Below are positions 1 through 14,115 of a stretch of 64,000 nucleotides of DNA, one piece after another. Origin of the DNA: Glycera tridactyla (lineage: Eukaryota); assembly GCA_965644265.1 (NCBI GenBank), contig OZ286460.1, positions 64,852,001 to 64,916,000 of the forward strand, written 5' to 3'. Numbering within the stretch: the stretch's first letter is position 1; every line of letters starts with the position of its first letter. The notes below the pieces were generated by a model. It was not told the origin of the DNA and did not search any database. It saw only the letters and a program-made list of their open reading frames with translations. A program made the position numbers and the translations under genes.

Positions 1-1130
1 GAGCTAACCTGAACCTCTTTCTCCTTCTCTAATTGTGAAGGAAGAATCTTCAACCTTTCTAACCGGACAGAAGGTACTTTTTCTGGAGAAACCTTAGTAG
101 CTGAAAACCTAAGAGCTGTCCTATGATAGGAGCTTGCTATCTCTGAACTTGTAGCTGCTACTAGTTCCTTCCTAGGCTTACTGTGTTTCAAAGATTTCCT
201 CTTTCTGACCGATCTGATGTGAGGTTTAAGAGACAAGGCCTCCCAGCTATCCTTTGAAGAAGCTATGGAAGCATTATCACCTTCCGAGCGCGGGAATTTA
301 ATTGGTGAACACATAGACTTTGGTTTGGGTTTGGGTTCAGAATGTGAAGATCTGGGTAAGCTCTTTATTGACTCATTAGAGGAACTCTCCCTTTGTACGT
401 GGCTCACCCCCACTACATCCACTCTATCCGGGTGTTTCTGGGCTTTCTTCTTTTTGGAACTGAAGGTCCTTCGTCCATAATGTTTAGCCCACTGTGCAGG
501 CGTCCACGACTCACAAACCCCACACACTCTTTCCCCATTCTCTTTAGGGTTCTCCGCTCTACCGCATTCCCGGCAGGACGGACAGCGCTCGTGGTCATCC
601 CACAACCCCATGAAGTGTCCACACCCCCCGCGCTTCTGAGACGACGACATAATTACGCCGCCCAAATTAGCTAACGGCCTCCCAGGCCGTTATCAAACGG
701 GAGTTACGCCAAGCGTAACGAACTGTTGACCTGCAAGATATGAAAGTCACAAGCGCTCTAATAGCACTATTTCAGTACATACAAATAGGTCACCATGCGG
801 CACACCGCATTCTTTGATACAAAATCACAAAAATATCGTTCGCAAATACTCCTAAAGGGTCCACACGCGCACGATTCGATAACGGAATAGCTTATCCACG
901 TGTAAACCAAATAAGAGCCGTAGGCGACGAAAAAGAGCCAAGATATATCAACTCTTTTCCGGAGCCCGGGTATCTCTCAACTTGTCATGTAATGGCGAAG
1001 TTGAAAAATACGACGATAATAGAGGCACAGGAAGCGACCTCCCAGAGGTAGCCACCTAGTGTGAATATCCGGCGGCGGACGGAGGTTTCAGTTCACGAAT
1101 ATTTATTCGTGTAGTTGTAATGTTCGCACG
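1..1130 (-). mobile_element. 5' portion of a DIRS-like (tyrosine recombinase) retrotransposon, continuing beyond the window start; right boundary approximate
   Basis: Minus-strand ORF from ATG at 650 with a Cys/His N-terminal motif that I recognise as typical of DIRS ORF1. It is followed by S/K/P-rich low-complexity sequence and preceded by ~480 nt of CpG-rich leader or LTR-like sequence. RT and YR domains are not in the window. Confidence 0.6.
3..650 (-). CDS. Gag-like ORF1 of DIRS-like element, 3' end off-window
   Basis: Hand translation gives 216 codons with no stop from 650 to 3: MSSSQKRGGCGHFMGLWDDHERCPSCRECGRAENPKENGERVCGVCESWTPAQWAKHYGRRTFSSKKKKAQKHPDR... It is absent from the ORF track, probably because it has no stop inside the window. 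Confidence 0.7.
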   Translation of the reverse strand, partial: MSSSQKRGGCGHFMGLWDDHERCPSCRECGRAENPKENGERVCGVCESWTPAQWAKHYGRRTFSSKKKKAQKHPDRVDVVGVSHVQRESSSNESIKSLPRSSHSEPKPKPKSMCSPIKFPRSEGDNASIASSKDSWEALSLKPHIRSVRKRKSLKHSKPRKELVAATSSEIASSYHRTALRFSATKVSPEKVPSVRLERLKILPSQLEKEKEVQVS

Positions 1131-2399
1131 TAGGCAATTCAGTCCGGGGAATGCAGAATTTGAGGGAGAAATGGTACAGTGATTGAACCGGTGTTTGTTT
1201 GTCCAAGGCTACTTGATCAGTCAGCTACCCCTAACTCCAATGGTCATAACCCAGCTATAATTGTTAGTTAGTCATCTGTAACTACCATGATGATGTGTTG
1301 TGTACTTGTGGACATCGCTTGCGATTGCTAGAAAGTGAAAATGAATCAAGTATGATGCTACACTCTCGAAGATAAGATTGGAGTTGAATATTCAAATATA
1401 GAAAAGCGTATAGTAAAGATCTTCTTGATGCAGACCGAAGTCTTTGTTTCTTCAAACACCTACCCAAATCCTATCCCTGTGTCAGCCTTCTACCCTTTAT
1501 TAATCCCTGAACCTATATATATATACATATACTCTGAAAATTACCATATTTGACCTAATACCATAGTCAGAACAATCAAGTGTGTTTCGAGGCTTCATGT
1601 GTTGTAAATATTAGTTGGGATTGATGAATCAGCTCGTGAGATTTAGATGAGTTGATGTATTATATACCCTTATATACATTATATACCATGAACAAATCTT
1701 CATATAGTATAGTATATAGTAATTGTTCTGGAAAGATGAGAGTGGGTAGCCACTTCCTCCAAGTGCATCAACCATCTTTGTTCACACCTATACGTTTATT
1801 GATCAAAACCAGGAAACCCGGGGTTGATAGATATGATCACCATCAGATCAGATGGTAATACACTTTTAAGGATGTGCAGTAAGGGTGAGTCCAGACATAT
1901 ATAATAGGTTCCCACTTTCAGCGAGCACAAGCCCTTGATCTTGAGATGTATAGAGGACTTGAAAAGAGGGGAAATAATTCAAGGTGCGCCATCATTTCCC
2001 TATTCATCGAATCTGGCGTTATACATAAAACATTTTATATTTGGAGCAAGGCTGTCCTACGTTTGAATAGACATCGATCATGATCCCATAAAATCCAACA
2101 TGGAGTCTGGGCAGGTATACAGCTGTGGTAATGGTCATTTTCTTTCTTGTAGTTTCTAGATGAGTGGTTATTTCTAACTTGCTAGACCAGCAATGTTTGA
2201 CTAATGAGTGGTCAGATCACAAATAGCTGTGCACATAGATACTGTTTGAACTTCTTCCGCTGGTGGCCTAGATAAGCAGAATTCGTAACCTTGTTCCACG
2301 TCGTTGACTTCTTCATTTTTTCGTTAGATCATAGACCGTCATGTTCGATATTCTCGATTATTTCTTGGTTTCAGCAGGTTTGGTCTTCAGAGACCTATT

Positions 2400-2700
2400 T
2401 TCCATGGTAGTGACTATTATATGTTTTCATCCCTACGCACTGAGGGAAAAAGACGTGCTTATCTTTTTACATAGCAGCACCAACTCTCTGGAATTCCCTA
2501 CCCATCTCAGTCCAACAGTGTAAAACCCTTGAATCTTTCAAGAAATGTCTGAAGACCTATCTCTTCAGAGAGGCATATGAATGAGCCGGGAGAAACTTTT
2601 TCAGTCATATGGCTGAGTGAGCGAGCACCTTTGAGCAGGGGCTACCCCTGATAAAACGACGCTATATAAATGCCACAAATTATCATCATTATTATTATTT
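2400..2700 (+). mobile_element. 3' end of an L2/CR1-group LINE (5'-truncated); left boundary approximate
   Basis: 2465-2584 reads FYIAAPTLWNSLPISVQQCKTLESFKKCLKTYLFREAYE*, matching the L2 ORF2 C-terminal motif (AAP.LWNSLP...FK..LKT.LF). A CAGGGG/CCCCTG stem-loop (2636-2650), 'cgctatataaatgcc' and an (ATT)n tail follow. Confidence 0.8.
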
Positions 2701-5099
2701 AATGCAATGAAGTTATCAAATGCTAGTCAGACTACAAAAACATTCGGTCACAATGCCTTGAGAGTCACGCTTATCGTGGCCATATGAAAGATAATTCCAG
2801 CAGTACCTTTGTATTGGAATGAGAAGTTGGTGTATGGCAATTTTTTCCATTCGTAATAGATGGTCAGATTCTTAAACGGGGACATTTCCTGGGATATCAC
2901 AACAACTTCATATATCATCTGTATATTTGTTGTAGTAATAATGCAGCCTCCCTCAGGGTTGTCGACCGAGAGAAATGCTCACTTTTTGTTCATTGTAGTA
3001 CGAGTTTTTATTTGACTATATCGAAGTCAATTCATTCTGGACAGATAAACAAGATAATAAATAATCACAGTTATCCAGGGGGAAATTCTCATATTAAAAT
3101 TGGGGTAGCGCGACGTTAGCATTTTTGTTCGAATAGTAAAACCCTGTTTCGCTGCGGAATTTGATAGAGTGTTCCATAGGTGGGCAGCGGAAGTTCATTA
3201 AGTACACGGTACCAAAGTGGTGCAAATGAACTATAGCTGGTCGGAGTCGTTGGGATAAACATGACCCTCTGCTAGGATGCAGCAGTCTATCAAAATGCCA
3301 ATCTAGTAGACTATCGAAAGGGACAGTAGTCTCTATCCCATTCACACCCACAGTCCCGGCCGCTTCCGAGGTATGTAATTATACCAATGAATCTTCCCGA
3401 TTATACCACTCATGATACGCAATGCATCAGATATCTGGTATGAAATATACCCCACGTATACCACACGTGGAAACAGGTAATGGATCACACGCTGTAGCAT
3501 AAAAACCACAGACGGGCTCATCTAGGAAAGCACCCATCGCCAGAGACATTCGGGGAATATCCGTAGCCCGTCGAAGGTTTGTTTACTGACTGTGGTGGAC
3601 ACCCTTATGCAGTGATCCCCTAAGAGACCCGTGTTAACTGAAGATATCTTCCCAACTCTGGTGCAAACCTCATTCACGTTTTATACAAATTGTATAGTTG
3701 TGTGTGCATCATGTGATAATTTCTTCACTCGAATCGACTGGGTAGTCATGATCTTTTTTCTCCCCGGTTTGGATAGTAGCATATGAACTGGGGAAAATGT
3801 GTGGGTGACCCAACGAATCATGAAAAATTTCATGGAAAGAGAATATGCAAAAGGACACAGATACGAGATTTTCACAGGCTGTACTTCTATTCAGAAAGGG
3901 AGATAGTATTCTCTCTCATCAACATACTCATACAATTGAGCTAGAAATTTAGCACATCGGGTCTATAGTTGGGACATGATACAGCTACGTTGTGCGCATT
4001 TTGGATCTTTAATGAGTGCAGAATGCGATGTATTTGAGTAATTTCAGCAAAACCTTCAGGTTATTGGCTGAATCATATGAAGATCCTGAATCCACCTCTC
4101 TCCCTTCAGATATCATAGCATATGAACACTTGTGATTATAACCCTTTGTGATGTGGCAAAAATCATGGTTTCAAATTGTCACTAGTCTATAAACATCCGT
4201 GTCGCCTTTTGCACATTTCTCTTACCATTTCCTACCAAATTACCAGTCATCTGCCAGACATCCTCTCCTTATCATTCATCGATTCGTAGAATAATGACAG
4301 GTGGTTCGTTTCTGTTGTGCTATCGTTCATAATTTCATTCATTTTATAATAAATTAGAGTACAATACCAACGGCACATGTCACGTGCTGTTATCAATAAG
4401 ATGATAATGATGCATGCCTAAGTGAGATATTTCATCACGTTTTCAAATGTTTTGACAGGCTGGTGATAAAGGGAATAATAATGATCCGGACCAGGTATTT
4501 GTATGAACGTTTGCATTTAGATTATCACTAGTTTCCTGCAATATCCCCGCTCGCAACTACTCCTTTGTCATCTTGAAAAGTATCTCACTACCATGAGACA
4601 CGTTTGCATCATTTCACCATGGGCAGACTCGGTTCATGCACTTCCACGTGGTATATGCATTTATCACGGATTGACGATCATTGTAGGAAACCATACCATT
4701 GGAAGATACAAGTTTCATTCCGCATGATGGGCTTGCGTAGTCAACTGCTGCGCGGACCCCATAAAATTGGACTTAACTTTTATCTTCGATGGGAATGTTT
4801 TTTACCTTTATTCCGCAGATATTCATTGACATACAAGGCATCTATGGTAGGGAATATGCCGCTTATACACGAAATTCATATATCCCACTGTAAATGACAT
4901 ATCTGTGGTATAACTATTTCTGCCTTTTTTCACAGTAACCAGATTCGCTGCTTGAGACGTTAAGCCCAAACACTCCTGATGGAGTTGACGTGTTTGAATT
5001 TTGTTTGACTTGACCCTTGCGTGTTCACTTGACCCTTGTGTGTTCCTGGTCACAACGTAGTCGAATAGTTTCCCTATCATCCAATAATCATCTTATATC

Positions 5100-5102
<3 letters not shown>

Positions 5103-5147
<45 letters not shown>
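5103..5147. repeat. (TA)n microsatellite
   Basis: Pure TA run. Confidence 0.95.
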
Positions 5148-5150
<3 letters not shown>

Positions 5151-8100
5151 GTCCTCCCCCTCTCTCTCCTCTAATTTCAGAGTGGATCATGATCATCATT
5201 CACATACTGGTATATGCATGAATGTTGAAACCAGTATAGGCATGGTGACTGATGCATTTTGATGATTTCGGAGACTCGTGTGAGAGGGTGTTAAGCCTCA
5301 TTGCATATGTCCATTGCAGGCACAAGAGACATTAACCAATGATCAGGCAAATGAATAACCAATCACTTGACTACTGAAATATACAAGTACAGCTTTCGGG
5401 TGACGTGGTTAACCTCCTGATTATTTCAAAACGATTCGTGGGAACCGTCCCACTGGCATATCCGACAGAATCGAATGACATATCGATGAATGTTCTGCAC
5501 GACTCGGTTGAAGTGAGAACGCATAGTGGACGTCGTTTGGGCTTGATTGATAGAAAATCACTTCAATGATCATGCATTATGACATGCCTCCATGTCTTTT
5601 GAACAGGTGACACGACCACTATGTATTGTCCCAGGATCTTCAATCGAAAGACCGCACGTTCTCAAATCAATATATAGCATGGGATTTGATTTGAAAGCAG
5701 GGTCGATCATTAATATCCTGGATTGTAGATTGCCAGGGCCGGTTCTATTTTCTCGACCTGGACATGATAGGTCAAAGACACTGCACTTTCTGAGCGACCT
5801 TTCGATTCTCCCTACAGGATGACCATGAAGATTGAAGCGTACTAAACATATGTATCAATGAGCATTCTTTTCTCCAAAGATTGTGTTGAAAAAAGCGTCA
5901 ACATTTTGACAAAATGAATAGATCATCCAAATGTATTCATACGAATTCGAGGAAGATCGTACTATTCGCTGTATCTTACTCTAAGTGGACCACAGGACCC
6001 GAAATTGGGCCATATGACCTAGTGCCGAACTGTGAGCACTGGTCTTATTGAATACCAACAATCTTAGTCATGAAATAGACTGAGAGGAGATCCGTATGTT
6101 TTACGCTTCGATAGTCCGAAAAGTTAAATCAGGAGTCATCATGATTTGTCAAGATCACGAAATTTCGCTCGTCATATATGATTTCTGATATATCACTGCA
6201 GTGGACAAACTTTCATCATATTCACTGTGTATTATTATGCCACATTCTTTACCCATTACAAAATATCTTCACCATTAACCCTTTCATCCTTTTCAGAATT
6301 GCTTCAAAATAGTATCCCATACATAGCTCTGAACCGCCTTAACCACAGAAGTGGTCAAATCGTTGTTTTGCTTACCTGAGACTATTGATTTATGGTATAC
6401 CCCATCTGTAAACTTACCTTCATTGTTGATTAAATATAACACAATTAAGGAATATATGAGAGGGTTAAAGTGATGATCTCTGATATATGCGGGATGACAA
6501 AGTATGTTCCATGCTCTGATTGCTCTTCAATGGGTGAATCATTTTGTGATAATACTTGATACAACACAGCCGAACATTATATCTATCTCAGGACATCTTC
6601 TTCTTGAAAGATTCTGTAGGGTGTTGGGCCATGTCCGTCGGAAATAATGCATTAGTCAATAAGACGATTTCTTGAATGTGAATGCTAGTCAGTATGGCAC
6701 TCAACACATTATTACTACCATAGAAGAAACATGTTTCGTCTCATGATAAACACAAGCATCCTCATTTGTGGAAGAAAGATATACCACCATGGTCCAATAA
6801 GTGTGGTTATGAAGCAAAGATACATCCTCTTCGAGTTTGAGAGGTATCTCGCGTAATGCATGGGCCCATTCAGTAACATTTAGGTGAACTAGAGAAGTAG
6901 AGAGCCCATCATATAGCCTTCCTGATTCTCGATAAATATTTGGTCATAAGTAAATGGATTTTGGTCGTAATGAACAATATGTGCACATCTCACACCGTAT
7001 CATGATACATATACGTCTCATACCTTTATGGAATCAATCCATTCTTGAATCTAATAGAAATTGGATCATCACTTTTCATCCCAACTATATTGTAGTTCTA
7101 TGAACCTGAGTTGGGCACTATACGGAACCAAAATATCACGTTTGATATGGACTTGCAAGATGTATGTTTACTAACTACTGGCATGCTCTAATCATACAGG
7201 CCAAGAATCCACTCTTGCCATTTACTAACATTCCTCATCTATAGAGTGTACATGTACTTTGCGAGTGGTGCCAGATTGGCGGCCATTCCATACAAATCCC
7301 TTTGAGAAAGAGAGGGGGAAGTTTCCTGAATAGGGCGAGTGTGACCTGGCCTACAATTTCCTTCCACGAGCAATGGGGACAGGCTTTATCACATGAGATC
7401 TTTAAAAACATTCTTCCAAGAGGTACACTACATGTTAGACTTTCCCATTCCGATTAAAATTGCAGACTTGTTTGTCCGACGAATTGTGACTGAACTCCAA
7501 CCTGTCTGTGCCGAACTGACGTCCTTCATAGTAGACGAGACTCAGACACTGTATCTCTCGTGTAATTGCTCACGGTGAAGACTGTCTCATGTGATAAACT
7601 CTTATCCATAACAAAGTACTCGTTTTCTGCATTCCTGAACCACATTTATATTTCAGATATTTGGATAGAACACAGATTAGATGACAGACGATTTTGGCGC
7701 ATATGTTACCAATTACTTTGCTCGAGAAAGAGAAACCATGTCCATGTGATTACAATTCCAGCGACTGTGAAATCCATCAATTCTGACATGACTGTTCTGT
7801 GGGAATTTAATGAGAATGAGTATTGGGAGGGACCCCTGTGCTCGCAGAACGCTTATCACCTCATCAGACTCATGTAGAAGACGGGGGTACAATGTAACGA
7901 ATCATGAATGGTGACGTTAGAGCAGAAAGTAGGCAATAGTGATTGCCTAGAATGAGTCGTGCTCACGAACACGACCCTTCATTGAGTAACGTGTCTCCAT
8001 TTTGGACCTGTTTTTGAGACGCAGGATTACCGTTCCAAAATAAATCTTCTACAAAGAATTCGTAAAGATATGGGCCTCAACTGCTTGAGCAGCATATCTT

Positions 8101-11100
8101 GTATTCGCACATTTATCATATTCGACATCAGCTGGTGCGAATGCAGTTGATGTGTATTTCAGTGCATGTTTCAATAATCACTAAGATAATGTTGCCCTAA
8201 GTTGTTCACTTATCAATTTATGCCATTTGTATTCAGCCTGTTCTCGATATTTTTGCGAGCCAAGTCTGATGGTACAATTGCCATATAAATTACAGCAAAT
8301 AACTGTATAGATAACGATCTAGATAATATGATTGATGTCAATGATCATATTATTTCTGATGCATCTCGCTTTGTAATTTATTTCTGCATATGTACATGGT
8401 GAAATGGAATTGTGATGAACTAAATATATCTATATGTGTATGATTTGAATGCGTTCGTTGATTCATATTTGTTTATCACCAACTATTTTCAGGTGTTATC
8501 ATTTCTTAGAAAAAAAACGCGCACTCCTGTTTATTATGATAATCACTGCATTTGTGTGTGTTTGTGTAGCAAGTGTCCATGATGTGTGTATCAAGGCATG
8601 TTTTGGAACATTAGTCTCTGATATGAATGTGTGTGAGTTCAATCATTTCAACATTATCGCGGTCTTGTGTCAAGTCCAATTTGTGCAACGTCCGCATGCT
8701 TCTGTCACTTGTGAAGACTAGGGTTTGGATGTGGTCGTTGTGAGTGGTTCATTCAAAATTGTCCAAAATGTCGATGGTTTGTTCCAGACTATCAGTTCAG
8801 GTTCGGATTTGCAAGAAATAGCGCTGCGACCAAAAAAAACCCATAATCAACAGCAACAACATCAGTAACAACAAAAGAGCAGAAATAACAATAACAGTAA
8901 CAACACCAGCCATACATTCCTCCGTGATGATCTATATATCTGGGTCTTCTTCTCCTTCTCGATTGCCATTCTCTCAGGAGTTTCAGCAGTCTTCCATGTC
9001 GGTATCTTTGTTTGGCTTATTTGAAACAGCCCCGATGAAATCAAGAACTACCACCATCGCTGCAGATGCAACAAATTACATGTGTTGGTGTCATGTGTAG
9101 TCCCAGGTGTAGACAAAGGATAACGTGTGTCAGCTGTGGTATGAGGCTGATTCTGCCCTCAAGTTCTTATTGTTCCATATAATCTGTAGCATGAACTAGT
9201 GATTGCTGAATGAAATGATCATCTTCCACTTGCTGAGGCACCGCATGGTTGCTCGAGCCAGAATATAAAGCCAGCCCGATGTTACATCATACAGAGTGGG
9301 ATATGATCATTTCATTTCATGAGCATCGTTCTTACTATTAAACCATGGATATATGATTCTGAATTTGAGTTGACATCATAGGTGGTGAAGCTTATTCTTT
9401 TGGTGGTGCAGAGCACATGTAATTGTGTAGTTCCTCGTTCAGAGTACCCCGGCGACTGAGGATACCCTTGACCATTGTATCCCCGGTGCTTTGTTTATTT
9501 ATTGATGTCTGGTGTACATACAATTCAGGGCGGATGCTGTCCCAACAGTTCTTCTGGCAAGGTATTTACCCCAATTTGGAAACCAGTTTTGCCTCTTTTC
9601 AGTAATTGATTGCTTCAGTCGCAGTAAGATATATATGCTTCATTACTGGAAAGGAGCAAAACCGGTTTTTGTCTTTGAATGTGTATGAGGTGTGGGCAAC
9701 GTTCTTGGTATGTTCATACGGAGATGGTTCAAGGAACAAGGCAATTCAGTCACCTGGTATACGGCATCCAGTGACTTGTCAAACAGAGGCGATGCGTAAG
9801 TCGCTACGGTCATGGTATTTATCATTGTCCGATTTGTTTTTCAACCTGTATATAGTGGGCAGATGCCAAGGTACATGACATATTTTTCTCATACGCCAGC
9901 CTGTGTGACATCCTAGCTTGAGTACATGACTGCATAAAATAATGTAGCTTGGTATCCTGCCTGCAGGACTCTCGCTGAAGATTCCACAAAGTGGGAATTG
10001 CAAAGAGATTTCATTCACGTGTAGTCTCCTTGGCGTTTCTACATGGAAGGCGTCGTCCGCGAGTCCCACAGCAGTGATCCCTTGTCTTCAACCCATAACT
10101 GTCTCATGTCCCATATTCAATGTATTTAAATATTTGCTGGCCGAATCGAACCTGTCCGTAATCATGATGGAAAGGGACCATTTTAATTGCCATGGCTCAA
10201 TTGCCACGATGGGGTATTTGCTTGATTTAGCCTCATGTGACAGGTTGCAACTCAGATTTGGTCCGTCTTTACAGACCTAATCATAATCCGATAGACTCAT
10301 ATCAGCACATTTTGGATGAGATTAGGTCACGATTTCGGTCACGATTTCGGTCACGGCCATATTTGAAAAGTAAAATAAAGTATTGGGACGTCATTTGGTG
10401 ATGTAAGGCCCTGATGAATCATTATTTTATCGCACGAACTGTCTTCTCGCTTTTATAGCACAGACCGTATAAGCCATAGTTAATGAAATCTTCTACAAAA
10501 AAGAGATGATTTGGCACATTATATTACCTAATATGCAGTTGGTTTGGCATTCGTCTGTGCTATAATGACTCTCCTATCCCACATCATAAGGTGTAACTGG
10601 AGCTATTCTCGATCCTTTTGCATGACTTCATCATCATCTTCTCCTCTACTTATCCCATGGTCTCTCCCCTCTGTCTCTGTGGTGTTGGTGCTATCCTCAC
10701 TTGCAGCTGTTGTTCATTTCATTACACCAAATGTGGCCCCTAATGAAAGCTGTCGAGTATTCCAATGACCAAAAAAAATATCTTGTGAAAGATGTCAAAG
10801 TTCAGAGCAGAGCACAGTTCACACACTTTCGAATTCAGTGTTAGCATGAGCTCGTTGTGACTTGCCACCCTCGAAGATTGATGCCGACAAGGGATTTAAA
10901 AATGGATATGGACCAATCAATTTAGGAGTGAACGTCGCTGGATTGTTCTACTTTTCAAGGACATCCAAAATTGTCATCAAAATCGCTCTGACTTTGAAAT
11001 TTATTATAACAAGTCTTCTAGTGATTTAGTAGGACAAGGTTATTGGGTTTGGCTTTATTGACCAAAGAACATGGGACGCGGTTGAGTCATATCACGTACG

Positions 11101-13436
11101 TATGCTGGCACAAAGCCAATTTCTTGACAAATTCAAAGTTTGAAAAAGTAGAGAACTCAACTTTTGCACAATGAGAGAAAGCACAGTCTATGTACAGTGA
11201 AACAAAGTGGCTGCATTGACTATGAACAAGTTCGACTCTTTTCAGGCATGATCGTTTTCTGATTAAGCATGAAGCATGAGGGCACCCGATGATTGGGCGG
11301 CCATGACATCGTCGGCGTGTGCATTGTGACACCTTGTGGTTGGGTGGCATGGTTTACGATAACCATCGTATTATAAATCGTCAATGTATAATGATGATCA
11401 GCCATTTGACATTTTTCTCACCCCACTATGGCACGAGTGTGAATAATTGACGTCAATTCAAATCCATTCAATCGGCCTAAAGACATTCAATGTGATACTA
11501 TTATTTCATCGTGCATCGATCTACGATAGGGGCGTCATTGTTCATCATATCCATCATCTAGTTCAGAATCATGGCAGTGTATTTGATTCATATTCATGAG
11601 GAGCAAATATCTACAGCCAAGTCTCAGCGTTGTCTGTGTGGTGGAATTTTTCGACTTTTGTCGGGCTTTGTCAGTACCCTTGAAAGACACCGAGCACTCC
11701 TTGCATGGACCTTCTCTCAAATGCTCTCGTCTCACCGCATCCAACGCTTTTGTGCTGTCCAGCGAACCATCCTCAACCGCTTCAGGATTGCAATGAGTGA
11801 TTGAGAAACCACTTCCAAGCTTCTTGCTTTTTCGTCGAGTGTTTAGTCAATGTTATGGATGTTGATTGTAATAAGTTTGTCTTTATGTGGGGGATTCAAG
11901 TATTAACAGCAGGTAATTCTGATACTTTTCCGACACCATTCAAGCGCCCGATTCAATCATACCCCTGCTGCTTAAGTTGCAATGACTCTCTAGGAAATCA
12001 TAGATATTCGGTGCAGCCACACCACAGGGCATCAGTACTTCGATGAACATTCTCTTAGAATGAAGATGCCTTGACTATCAGACTTTCCTTAAGGCAATAC
12101 GACTAGTTGTCGAATACTGTGGGTACATATTATCTGATGCCTAAACTGCAGATATAATGAGTGAAACCTTGAAAATCGAAGGATATATGCTTTGAAAATC
12201 TCCAGATTGACCATACCTTGAACGTGTGTTAGTTTGTAAACTGGAATCAGCATATTCTAACTGGATTAATTGCATATCCAATATTTTTGAACCAAGAAAA
12301 AGGCAGTCAGATTCAATCACACATGCGGAATATTTCTTGAATATTCAGGCATAATATGGAATGGCGACCGAAAGGGATTGATGTGATATTCGTGCTTCTG
12401 TCATCACTCTGTACTAGCTTTGTGTTTGTATGTGCGTGTGCGTGTTGGGAGGGGTGTCACTCGATACATATCCGAGGAAGTCATCGTAGCCGAATGGAGT
12501 TTTTTCATCCCCACCTTTTTAAAGATATGAAATAACTTCACGTCATACGTGACCTCTGACGTCACGTACCACCGTGAAATAATGTTGTCACGATGGACCA
12601 CTACTTGGCTGCCGAGCCGTACTCCCTATGGATACTTTCAAATGGCCATTGGCGCTTTCAACAAATACTTTTCAATATTGTCTATCCACCTCATTATCCT
12701 TATGGTGACAAATATCTGGATATCACGTGCATGCATGTGTGTAGAAATATAAGCAAGGTATAGATACCTAGAGTACACCTGGAAGCAGAATATGCACACT
12801 GCGACATGGGGAATCGAATCGAACCTGAAACCAATGGCCTGGCGTGGGTTCTTCAGCTCAAATGGCCTAAATCGGCTACATGTCTTGTGGTTATATTCAT
12901 GGGTATAGTGATTCTGATTCACCCTCACCAAGGAGGGGACTTCTCAGTTTTTGTTGTGCCGGATTGTAGATAACGTCACGAATGATAGTACAGGCTAGCG
13001 GTAAGGTCTTCGAGATTTAGACATGTCTGACGACATCTATCTATATCACTTCACCTATTCATCCATCGGCTTATATGTGTCATGAATATAAAGACTGGTT
13101 GATAACTAGGTCGAGCTATGCTTATTTGTTTCTAGAAGGGTGATGTTTAGCAATTTTTAGCGTTGTGTAAGTATATATCCATTGTGCTTGTCATGATAGG
13201 TATGGGAATTATGCCATGATTTTGCGTCCATGTAGCCGTTTAAGGAAGCGCATCTGCGAATTATATGTCACATTTATCAATGAAAGCGAATCAGAATTAG
13301 ACCCACCCATGCGATTTACCATATTTCCATACAGGTCCCTTGATACTGTTTGAAGCTGAAGAATGCCTGGTTGATTACGAATGGACGAACGGATATCACA
13401 TCAGATACTTGATGATTGTTGCTGTTGTTTTTTCAG

Positions 13437-13568
13437 GAGGAGGAGAAGCCGAAGGCTGATCCTGCTCTCGAGCAGGGAAAACGGCTGCCCCCTAAGCTTG
13501 GGGAGTTCCCCAACGAATTGTACGGCAAGCCCGTGGAGGACTTGGACGAGTACTACCACAACAAATAT
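13437..13568 (+). CDS. para: Nav1 exon A (N-terminal tail; [44 protein letters not shown])
   Basis: ttttcag| acceptor, |gtaagt donor, 132 nt, phase 0-0; Nav N-terminal motif LEQG..LP...FP.EL...P.EDLD.YY. Confidence 0.93.
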
Positions 13569-14066
13569 GTAAGTTGTGTTCTATCTTAACATCCACAAGT
13601 TAGTTGTGACGATAATCGAAACTTGACCAGATTATTTCCGCAGTTAGAGCTTATTCCTCTTGAGGTGCCACTGATATCTGGTTGATGACAGATATCCTGC
13701 AATTTTAGCCACACGTACATGGTCCTTTTACACAAACACGTCCATGCACACCTCATTGTGTGGTCTATTCTATAGTCGGATGCAATATCAGTTTTGTTTT
13801 CATATGATTGTTCTGTGGATACATTAGTAACCAAATTAATATGCGATATCGTATCATATATTTTGCAATTCAATGGAAATCAGTATTGTCAGTATTCTGC
13901 ATCAATATGTTATTCAGTAATCATATATAGTATCACTCATGATCTTAACGAGCGCTATTGAAATGTCAGCAAAAATGGTACAAGGGTGAAATGTGCAATG
14001 TTTGATCATTCGAAGTTCAGTCTTTAGTTAGTGTATCGATGATCTTAACTATGGCAACCCAGGTGC

Positions 14067-14115
<49 letters not shown>

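Noticed and set aside
393-674. Plus-strand ORFs 265-480 and 393-674
   Set aside because: Antisense shadows of the minus-strand Gag-like ORF
8862-9044. Minus-strand ORF followed by a (TTG)-rich tail as a LINE 3' end
   Set aside because: Similarity to known RT C-termini too weak to support
5280-12100. Coding-like, stop-riddled patches (also ~56700-57720 and ~62400-63400), possibly old transposon remnants
   Set aside because: No diagnostic motif I could identify with confidence; needs RepeatMasker or tBLASTx
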